From contig OZ316775.1 in the NCBI GenBank assembly GCA_973851085.1, forward strand, positions 7,130,001-7,194,000: a stretch of DNA of 64,000 nucleotides, in the 5' to 3' direction. Within the stretch, counting starts at the first letter, position 1; each line of letters starts with the position of its first letter. The notes beneath the pieces are model-generated. The model ran no database searches, was not told where the DNA came from, and saw only the letters and a program-made list of their open reading frames with translations. A program made the translations under genes and the position numbers. Source of the stretch: Ptychomitrium polyphyllum (Eukaryota). Below, piece after piece: positions 38,480 to 52,900 of this stretch.

Positions 38480-40710
38480 CTTACCCTGGGCTTCCACTGG
38501 ATTTGGTTAGATCCTAACGAAATCAGATCCTTTAACGGCCTCATGTCACAACGCTCGGACACCTTGCTCGCGAGGCTCAACTATTTACTTCTTCTCATCA
38601 TCTCCATTCTCGCGCGTCTTTTTTCGCTCCCAACTTTACCGCACGTGCATGAATACGGAAGTCTAGCGACAGATAGTGACAAATTATTTCGTTGTTGACG
38701 GAAGAACTGCAGAGGGATACGTTCCAGAAGTCTGTATGACCACTTCACATCCCGAGGTATACCGACAACTTCTCATTTTGAATGCCAAACTTGCCTGTCT
38801 TCGCAGCCTCATGTACCCACTTCCATTGTGACCGTATGACTCGTCACAGTGCGCAACTTAGTTCTGAATGTTACATGAACAGCCGAGAAGACGATTGCAC
38901 CACAGTGTTCTGATCGCGGAACACAATCCATCTAAAGCAATTTCACATCAATGGTGTGCATAATGCACACCCAAATAGGTGGTACGGTAGTTCAAATGTT
39001 CAAACAAAAACACAGAGGAGATCATCGAGACTTGGTTGTATCTTTCCCGACACCTGTAACGTTATACACGCACAATTCAATGTTAACCATCGTCGACTAA
39101 GCATTGTGGAGCCTTCAACAAAAATGACATCAAAAATTTGTTAAAGTTTCAGTACATGAGTCAAGTAGCAATTTGAGGGCCAACTTTAGGGGTTACGGAG
39201 GCAAGGGTGTGTCTACTGATGGTGCTATGAAAGTTATATGATTTGCGAAGCTTCTTTACATGGAAGGCTACCTAGCATTCAATAACATCTGGAGGTAGGT
39301 CATTGAAACTGTTATTTCTCGTGCCACGAATTTGGTCCACAAGCTTCGCCATCTAGGTTTCTGCTAATTCTTTTTCGACCTGTAAACAACAGTCAGGAAA
39401 TAGCAGTCAAAAAACCGATTCGAGCAAATAAGCAATCCATCCAAGATTTGCATTTGAAAACTTAGAAGAACTGCCCTGATACACAAGAGAAGATCGGAAT
39501 GTAAGAGCTGCATTAATAAACGATAACGGGGGCCAAACTATGCTCCTAATTACAGCAAAAATGTTCAAAATGGAACACTCTGTACCAGCCTAAGGTCGTA
39601 GAACAAAACGAAGTTACAGGCGCAGACAGGAGTGAAAACTGGGAAAGCACCCTTCGCAGCCACCACTTCCGCGAGAGCTTCCTCTCAAATCTTGTGGGGC
39701 AACATACGCAGTCTCTGCTTCACCGTACTCTTCGCTGAAACTTTAGCTTACTTCTTTATGACAGGTTATCCTCCGAATCCCACCCCGACTCTCTCTGTCG
39801 TAATTCTTCTCCAGCTGGTCTCGATTCACCACCTGTGGAGGGTAGTATAGGTTGTTTTGTAGTCAAGTTTTTAACTTTAAAAGGCTTCTTCGCAGGATTT
39901 TCGTTAGTGACACTTTTAAATTTCGTAGTGGAAATACTAACACTAGGCTTCCCTGATATAGTGATAATCCAAATGCCTTTTCAAGATATCCATCTGAGAA
40001 TGCCAGTTTCTTTTTCGCCTTCGATTCCTTGACTAAAACTCCACTTTCTAACCTTTGAAGCAACTTTCAATATTGCTTTCGACGTTGCTTTCGATAATGG
40101 TTTCATTGGTGTTGAGTTCTTCTTTCCGATGATTCCTTCACCTTGCACTTCGTGCTATTATCAGAAGTGCTCTTCTTGGGACGGACTCGTTTATCCTTCA
40201 CCTCTCCAACAAGCTCAGTCAGCTTGGGCTTTGCACAGAGAACTTTAAATTTCCGAATGCCCACAACAACAGCATGGAGCTGATTCAGAAGATCACGGTT
40301 GCTCAACTCGCCGTCGTCATCTTTTTCATTTTCAGGTTCCTCTCTGGAAAACATCATCATGCCTCAGAACACTCATCATCTGCGAATACCAGTATATTCC
40401 TGACCAACAAATGGCAACATATTTACATCAACAAGACACCACCCGAGTCGGGGTGTCCTCTTACTGCCGGATACTACACATACACAGATGCTCGTCCTCA
40501 TCAGACATATTTTATAGTGAAGCATCTAGCGAGTTGAAATATAGAGGGGCTGCCCTTAATGCGACTCTAACAGATTGAACGTACCCTTCTTCACCAGCCT
40601 CATTCTGCATGACAGTAAGGTCGTTTGTTACCTGGTCCCCTTGGTGCTCCTATGGCGCAGGAGTTTCTTGTACATCCAATTACTTGTCATCGATCTCCGA
40701 CTGCAACGAC
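38480..40710 (-). pseudogene. Decayed Lys/Ser-rich spliced gene remnant, unidentified
   Basis: Exon-like segments bounded by AG/GT (~40710-40632, 40399-39587, 39379-39160). The long segment reads as Lys-rich protein that switches frame repeatedly and contains stops (e.g. MMFSREEPENEKDDDGELSNRDLLNQLH...). Confidence 0.3.
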
Positions 40711-43700
40711 GACGAACAAAAGGCTCTTTAATTTCCTCTACAAAGCACAATAAACAATAATAGATACGTCACACCACACCAATACAGACCAAAAGACCGT
40801 GTGAAGCACAGAGGATCTTTCCATCCCTGATGCGGATCACATCACTGTGTAACTTATATTATGTTTCCAAGGTACTGCTGAGGCAAAAAGCATAGCCCAA
40901 ATGCTACGCACTCCTGCACAAAGATGCACGGTGTGGACGAGAAGATCCTAAGACAAATGCAGATCAAAGCCTGAAGTTCGATTAAAAGATTACCTACTTT
41001 TAGTACTGGAAGAAAGTTTGGATTCTCAATGTGAACTCTGCCACTCTATTCCAAACTACACTACACTAGATGAGACTAATGTAACATTGGATTGTAATGC
41101 AAGTATTCCCAATGGATGACGAGTGTGCAGCTTTTATGCTCTCATATTGTGAACCGTGCAACATTGTACTCCCTCAACCTTCAATGAAAAAAAGAATAAA
41201 ACTCCAAAGGTTACCTTTGATGGTGATGGTATGAGGCAAGTTTTTAAGGCGGTCAAAGATTTCCCAGCCATTGTTTGTTGAGCTCTTCCACTATCAATTG
41301 TCTCTTCTAATGCTCATACCATAACTTCCATAATCTTTAAAAGCACTAAGTTCCCTCTTCTAATTCCAAAAATCCCACTTCAAATGTTATAGCATTCTAT
41401 TATATTGATCTATACCAACATAGAAGTTGTTTCCATGTGCAAGCCACATTCTTAAGTTAGAGAAATCCAAAGCTTAAAGCATTATCTTGCAATACCAAAT
41501 CCTAAATTCTAAACTTATTGTGACAAATGCACTCCAAATTTGCAAAAATTAAAAAATGATTGAACTGAAACTTTAAAGAGAAACAACAAGCTGAAAATGA
41601 AAAATATGTTGGGCTATCATTGCAATTGTATTGTATTCCATATTGTCAAATATCCTTTCAAACTCACCATGTTTGGATCTTTTTTACTAAATAAGTATAA
41701 TTTGCAAATAGATTGGAATTACCACATGGATTTCTTTCCTACTATAGCGCCTCATGCCAATAGATTAAAGAAAAATTTCAAATATTTTAATAAAGCCTAT
41801 ACAACACAAAAAAAATTCTTCCATTTGCTTATATCATAAAATAGTCTTAACGTCATTGAATAAGAAAATGAGTTCCATTTTTTGAAATTTTTTTAAAGAA
41901 CTTCAACTATAAAACATATAAAAAAGTCCATATCACTAAATTCCAAATATTATTAATAATTCTATGCAAGAAAATCACCATATATTAATAATCATGAATA
42001 AGCACATAAATAAAATCAATTTAATATTCATAATTGAAAATTAAATATGCAAATACTAGTAAAAATTAAAGTACAAAGGTTTTTAAAATATTCCAATAGT
42101 TTTAAAACGAAATGAATTTTTACATTATATTACTTTAACTCAATTATTTGCCAATATTTAATGATTTTTTAAAGTATAGAAGGTCAAAATCATTGTATTT
42201 GTTGGAAAATTACACTATCTTTCTATGGCAAAAAATTATATATCCAATACTATTTTAATTTGCACATTTTTAAATTCAAACATTATCTTATTTACATTCA
42301 TAGTTTAATATAGCTTGCATTTTAAATTTTTTTTAAGCCAATACATTCCATGTTCACTAGTTTCTTTATTTCAAACTTTATGTGGAATGTCTTCAAAGCC
42401 TTCAAATGCAATTGTTTAATATTATTTTATAATAATATTTTAATAATTCATTTTAGAATATTTAAATTAATTTTTTTCAATAATCCAATGGCACATACAA
42501 TATGATATCCATAAAAAAAAACAACAAGTTATATACATTATCAAGTAAATTATGGCTTTTTATAAATTTCTTTGCAAACTGCTTTTTAATAAATCTTGTA
42601 TCAAATTGTACATTTATTACAAAATAATTTGAATAAATCAATATGAAAAAGGAAATTAATTTTTTTGTCCAAAAACAATACTTTATGGCCTTTATAAAAA
42701 AAATTAATTTACAACTACAATTCTATGTATAAATAATGCACAACTAAATTTTCTAATTTTAATGATTAGTAAAACTAAGATCTGACCTTAACAATGATGA
42801 TTATTCTTATTTTTCTCCCAATTACAAAAATGAAGTAAATAAAGAATAATATTTATTTGGTATGATAATACTTAATATAATTTTAAAAAAAGCTAATTAA
42901 ATAAGAAATGATTGGTTTGATTTAGTCAATGCAATAAAATAAAAACAAAAGTATGTGCATATACATCATTAGAAACTATATATAATATGTGGTTTGAAAA
43001 CTGAAGCAATTATTTGTTTATTTTGCATTTATATATGATGTATTTTACATTCTATTTTCAAGTTTGATTACTAATCTTATAATTACTTTTAATCATTTCA
43101 AAAATTTGTTGAATCCATTTTAATATTGGATCAATATATCAATGAATGCATAGAAGTGTCAACTTATTAACTATGGAATCTATCAACCAGATATGGTATA
43201 AATTTAGTAATATTACCTACATACCTTCTTTACGCTTTTGTAATTCTACAAAGAATATCAAGGTTTTCACTAAATTTAGACTCACTATAAAATTTTGTAC
43301 AACCATATCCATCAAAAGATGTTGCCATCTCAATAGAGTCATGGCTACAAATTTTGAATATCACCATTATTAGCCAAATTAAAAAGATGTTTCAAATTTT
43401 AAGCTTTAAATTCAAATGGATGAAGGCATCTCTTTATGAATTTGACAATTCAAGTTTTGTAAAAATCCTATTGATTGCAAAAAGCATCACTATGTTCCTT
43501 TACAAGATCATCATAGTAATGTCCATAAAAATAAAAATAAAAAATTAATTCAATTTTGCATTCAAAAAGCAAAAAAAATTCAAACATTGCACCTTTATCC
43601 TCAAAAATAAATAAATTTGGTAGCATGTTTATTAGTTAAACATTCAACCAACTTACACTAAAAGTTACACTTCTCTTCAAATGACATTTTCTTCAACAAA

Positions 43701-43761
43701 TATTAAGTGCAAAATGTGCTTCAACCAAGTTGATAAAGATTGGAGATTCTCTGCACATTCT

Positions 43762-44806
43762 TTAATGTTGCAAAATCCCCAAAAGGTCATCATGGCGATA
43801 TAGTACATACCTGCAATTAAAAACACAAAGCAGAGGCACAAATGCAAAACGTGAATAACCATTGGAAAAATTTAAATTTGTCACAGGTGACCATTGGCAG
43901 TGACTAAAGTAAATAAGAAACGAAGGTTTATGTCCTACTAATTTGCAAGTATGGTCTGACAATGTCCACTCATGCAAGCTATGAGAATCTCATACAACTT
44001 TTGTTGGCTGCAAGCCTTAAGAAAAACTTGTCCCTTAGAGCATAGAAGCAGAAGCAGAAGCAGAAGCAGAAGCAGAAGCAGAAGCAGAAGCAGAAGCAGA
44101 AGCAGAAGCAGAAGCAGAAGCAGAAGCAGAAGCAGAAGCAGAAGCAGAAGCAAAGCGATATGTTGACGGTTGCATGTGGCAGGCTTACTCTTTGCCTTGA
44201 AGTTTCACATGGCTTCCTCCATACTCCGGAAGAAGGACAGTGTCGCCTTTCTTGATGTCTAGAGGAACAAGATTTCCTTCCTTGTTTTTGATACCAGGAC
44301 CCACTTCAATGACAGTCCCTGAATTCAACTACACAAGAAAAAGCTACAGTCACTTTAGTGATACTCTTCTAGCCTTGTAGTGCACCAAACATCAATGGCT
44401 AGCAAGGGAACTATGTTGATAAAGCGAACTGCTTACAGTTACATTATGGTTTGCATTGCAAAAGCTTTAATGCAAGGAATAGTCATTATTGCAACGAACG
44501 ACCGAAGAGACATAGTCATTGGAAGAATGAACGAAATGGGGCTCAGAAGTACCAGTGACAGTTATTAGGGTTTTAACCTTCTGAAGTTCATGGACAACAT
44601 CACCAAATTTACAAATATTAATTTCAAAGTCACAAAATGCAAAGGAGAAGGAAAAAACTGTTATATATATTAAGACATAAAATAACCTTGGCTGTGGTTT
44701 CTGGGAGCAGGATTCCACCAGTGGATTTGGTCGGAGGGACAATCTTCTCCACCAATATTCTATCCAACAATGGAATCAGTTTCTTGGCAGTCATCACTGT
44801 TGACAT
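43762..44806 (-). CDS. CPN10: 10 kDa chaperonin (Cpn10/HSP10, mitochondrial type), 102 aa
   Basis: Exons 44806-44687, 44328-44189, 43810-43762 (309 nt). Motifs KKLIPLLDRILVEK, STGGILLPE, LNSGTVIEVGPG, KKGDTVLLPEYGG, YRHDDLLGILQH. Start may be 44794. Confidence 0.95.
44044..44151. repeat. Perfect (AGAAGC)18 microsatellite in intron 2 of Cpn10
   Basis: 108 bp of uninterrupted hexamer. Confidence 0.97.
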
Positions 44807-47385
44807 CGTCCTCACAAATCCAGACATGTAAACCTCCGCCAACACACACAACTTCATTAAATAACGAGCACACAATGCAACAAGTAACAAAAATAAATTA
44901 GCACTTCTACAAAATTCTTAGAGCAGATTGTCAAAAACTCAAGGGATAGGAGGTGTAGCTGGTTTTTTTTAATTGTAACAATTTTCTAGAAGGGCTTGTT
45001 AAATCATGTAGAGTTCCATATTTATGGCCCAAATGCTGCACAACTCACAAAATTACTCAAAGAGAGTGACGTAGAAATATGGTCATTTAGAAAATACTCA
45101 AGGTAACATATAAATTTCAGGACTTTCAATGGCTGACTGGTAAAAGCACATACTTGCACACATTCATATTAAGGAATTTATGTTCTTTTGAAATCCTCAA
45201 AATCTGGTTAAACTTCAACCATTTGCATCTTAATATACCTCATTTCTAATTGAGAATTAAACTTCATCTTACTGTAGGCTTGAGATTAAACGCATGTTTT
45301 GTGAATTTGTTTAGAAAATTGGAGGCAAATTCATTGTTCATTCTTTCCACATCATCAATGAATAAGGTCCTAATGTGAAAATCTTTAAAATAAAAGACCA
45401 GTGCCTCATTCGTTCATTTTATTTCGAAGAAATAATGCAAACCTAATCAACAATCCTGTCTATTTAAAATACAAAATCAGGATGCATGTGGATTATTCAA
45501 AATAGAACCTCTTAAAACCAGTTCAAACAGAACCAAATTTCTATCCACACTATTTTATTTAATATACGTTATTTATTCGATTCTTTCACATTGAACTTTT
45601 TAAAATAATGAGTAAATGTCATGTTACAAACATTTAGATTCAAATAGCAAATATGCTTATTAACTTTGCCACTTTTATGAAAAATAAAATAAAATTTGAA
45701 TTAATCCAAAGGGATCAACATCTTTTTAAAGAAGTTGCTTCAATAAGAAATATACCACAACATAAATTATTTTATATTGAGTTTACATTTTTTTGTTAAT
45801 AAAACATTAATTCAATTCTATTCGTTAAAAATTATCAAACACCATAAGCACTAATAGTTTGTAGTGGGCAATTATCTAATTGATATGATTTACTTATTTA
45901 TATACATATTTGTATACCCATTAAAAAATCTAATACAATAATATTAATAATAAAATATTCTTCTTTGGAGTCCATGATTCAAAGCTAATTTTCATCTTGG
46001 AAGAATATAAGAAGTCTTAGTTGGAAATGAGGTCTATATGAGTACTATGATTTAAATTGAATAAAAATTAATTCATTGGTTTGTTTAGAGAGTATTTTAA
46101 GTTGGGCCAATAAAATTGACAAACATATGGATCATATGAATCATAGATTAAGTATGGCATTGTGAAGTCCTTTCAACAAGAAAACTAGTGTGTCAAAGGC
46201 AACAATTGTAAAGTAATTGGTACCACTATTGCATAAAGTATTGGTGGAACTAGTAATGTCTTCAATTGTTTTTGTTGGAATCAATTTCTTTCTAAAGACC
46301 ACCATTAAAGTGAATGATTTCATTTTAATGAAAAAGTGTTGTGATTTGATCCTTGTAATAAAAAATCTAATCCTAATATGTATGAATAATGTGGCTTCGT
46401 TTTATTTGGTGATAATCAAAGCCTAAGTGAAATGGATTCATGGTAGAACTCAAATACATCTTCAACAAGGAGAACAAACTTATGACCATTTTGGCATTTG
46501 TGAAATAATCTTATTATACATTCTTTTTTATATTTGTCTTACAATCATCACAAAGGTGGATGTGTTTGAATTTAAAATTAGAGAAGATGTTCAAAAAGAT
46601 GCAAATTGTTGTTAAAATGTTGTTTTGCTTAAAAACAAAGCACAAATCAAAACAACATGTTTCAATAGTATTATATGTAATCTTTCTCATTGCTTGAAGT
46701 GTTAAAACCTAAACGATCATCTTGTTGAAGTGAACAAGTGAATTTCTAGTGTGTTTGTTGAAGCTAATTTTGATAAAAGACAAAAAGATGATTTTCATTT
46801 CCTTGGGATCCAAAGAACACAAACCCAACTCGTCTTCCAGAATATGGTTCTTAGATAAAAGAACAAAGAACTAGACAAGGAGTGGTTTCAAGCACTTACC
46901 TGCAAGGGACTACAGGGGACTACAAGGGACTATAAGGTGACAAGAATTGGTGCACGAAGTGTGTTTCTGTAAGGGCAAGGGCTGAGCACACTTGTGCGTT
47001 TGTGAAAGAGGACTATGTTGTGAGCGACCAGGTTTTTGTAGAAGGGATGGTGTCTGAAGTTTGAGCAGGAAAGAGTGGGAAGGACCCTCATCGTTACCTG
47101 GTCGCTAGAGACGTTGTAAAGTCATGTTTTGTGGAGCTCAGAGGCGCACCAGATGAGGTAGTGCGGTGATCCTGAATGAGGAGTTTGGATTGCTGTAGGA
47201 GAATGCGGTTTTGAGGAAGGGAACCTTGGGGAGAGCGCGTGAGGGGAGCGCACAGACCTGGCGGCGTACCGCTTCTGGACGTGGCATGATGGCACTTGCA
47301 GGAATTGGTCGGCCATGGCGGATGAGGCGAAGCTCTGGGGCGCTCAGGCAGTAGTGTCTCTGCGATATCTACTCGGGATTCCATC

Positions 47386-49909
47386 ATGTTCAGCTGCGCG
47401 GCGTGTGGAATCCCCGCGGTCGTTGCTTCGAGTCGGTTGCGCTTTCCGTCGAGGTCGATCGGGAGTCGCAGTCTCGCAACCTGCAAGCTTCTGAGGAGCC
47501 CCAGGATTTTGGATCTAGGGTTTCCCTACGCAGCTGAAGTATTGCGGGAGATTTCTTCTGGAGCACCACTTAGTAGTCTGTATTGCGATGCGCCTAGAAG
47601 CCGTGAGTGCATGTCTGCCCTTCTCTCGCTTTTCTGAGCCATTGTTTGATAATCAATTGGATGAGTCTGTTGGTGGGAAGCTTGGGCACTGCACTGCGAC
47701 TGCGAGATTGCTGAGGTCTCATTCGGACGTTCTTCTCAAGCCTTTGCAGATAAGAAAACGAAAGCAAGTTGCGGCGTTAGAGGTGAGGACACCTGGGCCA
47801 GCACGAACAAGAGTCGAATTGCCAGAGTAGCCGCCGGAGTCGTGCATGATTGCACTTCGCCGCTATCGTCGATAGACAGCCGCTACGATGTCGATGCCCA
47901 CCGTCACGACGATGAAGTAGCTGTAAACCACCGTAATTCCCATGTGTTCATGCAGAATGTCCTCCACAATCATCATGCTGATATCTGCCACTGATATAGT
48001 TGATATGGTCGTGTTGATAGAGTTGGTAAGCCAGTTGATATCTGCTACTCACATTGCTGTCACGGTCATGACTTGATGATTCCTCTCTGTCTTTTAGGAA
48101 AGCACCACGACTTTATCTCCAGAATCTAGTGAGCTGGTTGCTGGAGATGATATTGTCGATGAGGAGGCGTTAGCTGAGGGTTTTCTTGAAGACGATGACG
48201 GTTCAGTGCTACAGTCACCGGAGAATACAAATCATGTGCATCATGAGACGGATTCTGGCAAGAAATCTGGAAAACAAACGAGGTCCGACGTGGTGGAGGA
48301 GCTTCGATTAGGGCGCAGCCCTGTTCAGATTTTAGAGAGCATGATAGGTTGGAGCGCGCCTGCGTCTTGGGCTGTGGTGGATTACCTGCATGTACATGGC
48401 CGTATGGCAGAAGCTCTGGAGGTGACGCAGATTCCACCCTCTTGCCCACTCTGTAAAATTTTTGGCAGAAGTAGCAGTAGACTAATACTTTTTCTTCCCA
48501 GTTGTGTGGTTTTCTAAAGTGGTGGACTTGTTGGATGATTCTTTAATTTCAGGTGTTTAAATGGTGGACGCGGCAAGATGAGTATAGACCATGTGCACTC
48601 CACTACGCGAAACTTATTCGAATGCTTGCTCAGGCACGCATGCCAACAGACGCTCGAGCACTTTTTAATGAAATGCGTGAACTAGGTCTTCGACCGAGCG
48701 TGGCTACCTACACATGCCTTCTCCAGAGCTATGCAGAACGTGGCCTATTCGAGGAGGCTGAATTGATTCTTCGAGACATGGTTCTGTCTGGCGATGTAAA
48801 ACCGAATACTGTTACATATACAGGTAGTGGGACTCAACCGTCCCCTCTGTCATTTGAGCTAAGTAGGTGTATGTATTAATTCTTGAATCTTGTTCTCCTG
48901 TTTGACGTTGCATGATAAGTCAGCCCTGTCTCATGGGTTCTGTTGTGATTTAACTGAGCGCTGTGTATACGCCGAAATGTCAAGAACTAATGGTATACTC
49001 TGAACAGGTCTTATTCATGCATACGGTAAACATAAGATGTTTGATAACATGTGGCGAACTTTCAACAGAATGAAGACGCACCATATTCCTGCAGATGAAT
49101 TTACTTACAGGATTTTGATCAAAGCATACGCCAAGGGAGGGCTATTTAATAAGATGCAGCTTACAGTGAAAGAAATGAGTCGCAACGGTATGTACGCAGA
49201 CTCAGCGACCATGAACGCAGTAGTCCTGGCTTATGGAGAAGCTGGGCTTGTCAAGGAGATGGAGAAACATTATGAGACTCTAACCCAGCACTCGTTCATA
49301 GTCAGTGAGAAAACAGCCAAAGCAATGGTTTGGGCATATGCGAAGAATAGTTTGTTCTTTCAGCTAAGCGGATTTGTGAAACGAATGGGATTGACGAAAA
49401 AGACAATGGGGAATTACCTCTGGAACGCGCTCCTGTTATCTCGTGCAGCTAACTTTGCATTGAAAGATTTGAGGGTAGAGTTCGAAAACATGAATGATGC
49501 GGGGTTTTACCCAGATGTGACGACCTGTAATATAATGGTCTTGGCTTACAGTAGAATGAAACAGTTAAGAGAGCTGCATGATTTCATAATTACGATGCAG
49601 AACAATGGAATAGCACCTGACTTAGTGACATATGGAGCGGTCATTGACGTTTTCGTTGAAGAGAAGTTGCGGCCTAACTTACTGGAGGAGATGGTAGAGT
49701 TCAGGAATCTTGATGTTGTAGCGGAGGTTGAGACAGATCCCCTTGTGTTCGAGGTATTTGGAAAAGGGAGATTTCATGTTATTTGCGAGACTCTTGTTGG
49801 GAACATGGAAGGTCAAGCTATGGATCAGCGAACCTATTCTAAACTGATTGGATTCTTCCTCCAGTCTCTGAACAAACCAAATCATTCACGACCATACTCG
49901 TTGCATTAA
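47386..49909 (+). CDS. P-class pentatricopeptide repeat protein, probably plastid-targeted, ~628 aa
   Basis: Proposed exons 47386-47602, 47750-47922 (weak GTAAAC donor, uncertain), 48098-48421, 48553-48823, 49008-49909 (1887 nt in frame). PPR motifs such as HYAKLIRMLAQ, RPSVATYTCLLQSYA, KPNTVTYTGLIHAYGK, YPDVTTCNIMVLAYS, APDLVTYGAVID; C-terminal TDPLVFEVFGKGRFH; Ser/Arg-rich transit-like N-terminus. Confidence 0.88.
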
Positions 49910-52900
49910 CAAGCTTTGGAGGTTAGCCCAGTTCCCTTGTCATGCTTTCATGGTGCATATTGTGGTCTCATCAAGAAACAGATTTGTTAGCTCGGGCCAA
50001 TTGTGACATGCCCTTTATGTACCTAGCATCCATGCGTTTGGATTTTACCTGAACTCTACTGTTTGGCTGAGAAGCTTCTCGTACTCGTTTCACACTCACG
50101 AAGGTAGAGACGATCATTCATGTGTGCGACCATATACTTGAAAATAAACAAAAGGAAAAGTAAATAGTTACCTTAGGAATCAGCATGGTTGTCATTCTTC
50201 AGTGTAATCATTCAGTCACTTTTTCGCTGTCTTTTCTTCATTATAAATTTTTGAAAGTAGGAAGAAACTTTGTTATAACTACCGCAAAGGTTACATTTAT
50301 CCATCTTCCTATGCCTGCATTATGAGGAAAACCATATCGCAGGTCGTCTAAATAGGAAAAGGACGGGTGGAATTGATTGCATATGCAGATTCCGCTTAGG
50401 TTTTTGATATGGATAATTTTCTTTTACACCTCACATGACCATTCTTCAGGATCTGGTGATCTATGGGATCAGTCATTGCGTACAAAACCCTGAACTGTGA
50501 CTACAAAAGGTGAAATACGAGTTTGAATTCATATACCTACACTGTTGACGAGTGAGACGAATTGTGCAATATCTGGTCCATGGATGTCACGTGCAGTGGT
50601 GTTACTGAATAAGGCGTCTGCCGATAAGCGCAAGGTAATATGCAGTCATTTTCTGCATTATGCGTAGAATAATAGCCCTGAGAAGTACAGGTTGTATTTG
50701 GTTTTGTGCGAAGCTGAAGAAGTCTCTCAACTGTTGTCTATCATGTAAGCAAGTGCTATGAGCACCCATACAGTAAAATTATATTTTGTATCTAAGCGAT
50801 TTGCTACTATATGATACGTGCTCTTCAGCTGAATGACAGTCTTAGTCATGGTCATGATCAATTGACTGAAGGCTGTGTTCATTTATACTGTGTTCATTTT
50901 GTTGACACTTGCGAAGTTTGCTTTATGTTGGCATTTAAGGATGTGATCTGCATGGCTTTGAAATACTGTTACAACTATCCTCTTTGCTTGAACAGCTTTA
51001 TTACCTCTTGAAGTGATTAAGTATTCTTCAATTATTAGGTCTAGAAAAGACAATGTCGAGGAAATTTAGGAAGTGGATCGTCATAATTTCTACTTACTAT
51101 GAAAAATTTGCAATGGAGAAGCTACTGAAATGAAGCAGGACATCTATTTTAAAAACGACTCAAATCGACACAACTCTTTGATATAACAAAATTCTTGGAA
51201 GTATCAGATGAATTTGAATACGATTCAACAGTGGCTGACTTGAGGCTGCATTTGTCCCTGATCCTGTTCACACAGAAAACGGGTAAGAGCATTCAAGTTC
51301 ACGCGCAGAAATCCGTCTGGAGTCAAGATTTTCTCGCAAGAAGTTGAAGGCCTCCAACCGCTTTCTGATGTGAAATCCTCCATCCACTGCTTGCACCGGG
51401 GAAGTAGGGGCCTCGTGTTGTAGTAGTGGCATCCTGGGTGCGATTCCACCATGGAGTTCCACCTCTAGCTCGTGCAAGTGACGACGACGATGTCCTCTTT
51501 GGTGGAAACACACCTAGGATGCCTGTCCTACAAGCCGACAGTATATCATGTGCAGTAGAACACCTGATTGGGAGCAGCTACCTATCCTAGAAGATGAAAT
51601 ACCAGAAGCCTCTGATCTGAGAGCAATTAGGGGTTCCACGAAAATTGCCTGAGAATACACTCACTCGTACCGCCTCTTGCAGAGACTGGAAAGGACCAGT
51701 GGCAGTACCCTTGGAGCAAATCTAGTACTTGTACCAATGCAGCCTGGCACTGTTATGCAATTAGAACCTCTCTAGTCCCCGCACAGCCCTTTCTGTGATT
51801 GATTGAGTCAGAATTGTCAGAGCCCTACTCTTGACAAGCGGGGCCTGTCATATTAACTAGCTACCGAGAGAACTTGAAGAAAATTGCTGCGTTAGTCTAG
51901 GTGCAGAAAACTACAGTTTGTGCTCATCGCTTATTCTCACGTCACCCACGCCAGGCCACGTTGAAACGGCCGCTCCTGTACCGATCGGCCCCACCTATCA
52001 GATGGCTGGCATAGCCCATCCACCTTCATCCTAACAGCTTCATCCTTGTGGGCTGGCCAGCTTTTTTTCCTGCCTGCTCTCGTTCCTAACTCTCGTGTAT
52101 GCGAACGCCCTCCCAGGCTGATCCTCGCAGGGTTCTTTCTGCCACACCTAGTTTTCTCAAACAAAGGAAATAGAATTTTACTGCACTCGACACAGAATTC
52201 TTGCCCACAAGTATTCCTAGAGGACATCGTTTAGGAATGTGCCTAGAGGCTAGAACCAGAGGCGAAAAGCTGGGAAAAACATTTATCATGAATCACAGCA
52301 TGACAATAATAACCAGAACTTACAAGTTTCTTATCCAGAGAGGAAAGCTAATGGGAAGTTGAAGGTCCTACACAACATCTGAATTCACCATGAACTGCAG
52401 TGAACGTCACCACCAATATTTTTAAAACAAACCATGTTTTAACAAAAATAAAATATATTCGTCTTATTTAACTATTCAAACACATATAGTTTGTGTACAT
52501 ATATGCTAATAAAAATATCAGTCATGTATATATTTTTAATGTTTATTCCAATATCTTTGTAAAACTGAGGTTCTAAATTCTTTGATAAGCTTCAATAAGA
52601 TCATTAACTACAAAATTCACTTTAAACCTCCATATTTTTGCAATAGTATTCAATTTCTTGTAGATTGCAAAGAAATCATATATTAAAAATTAGCACATAA
52701 TTTTTGAAAGATTTAGTTAGATAATTTTTTTGATATTTCATGTATTTGGATAACAAATGTAGGAACTTTAGTATCTTTATTTTTTTTCTTTTTCCATTTA
52801 AACCTCTTTTGTATCTTAAAAAAGGCCATTAAGAATGTAAGAAATGGCCTCAAAATAAATACCTACAAGAATTGTAGAAAAAATATGAATTAGAATAGAA

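Noticed and set aside
43938..44166. Poly-Leu and Arg-Ser repeat ORFs
   Set aside because: Translations of the intronic (AGAAGC)18 microsatellite.
47133..47577. Identical peptide SSGAPLSS encoded on opposite strands (47133-47156 minus, 47554-47577 plus)
   Set aside because: Low-complexity residues, no flanking similarity and no DNA-level inverted repeat; treated as coincidence.
51225..52290. Short minus-strand ORFs (e.g. MVESHPGCHYY...) as a gene
   Set aside because: No recognisable domain and no consistent exon chain could be built.
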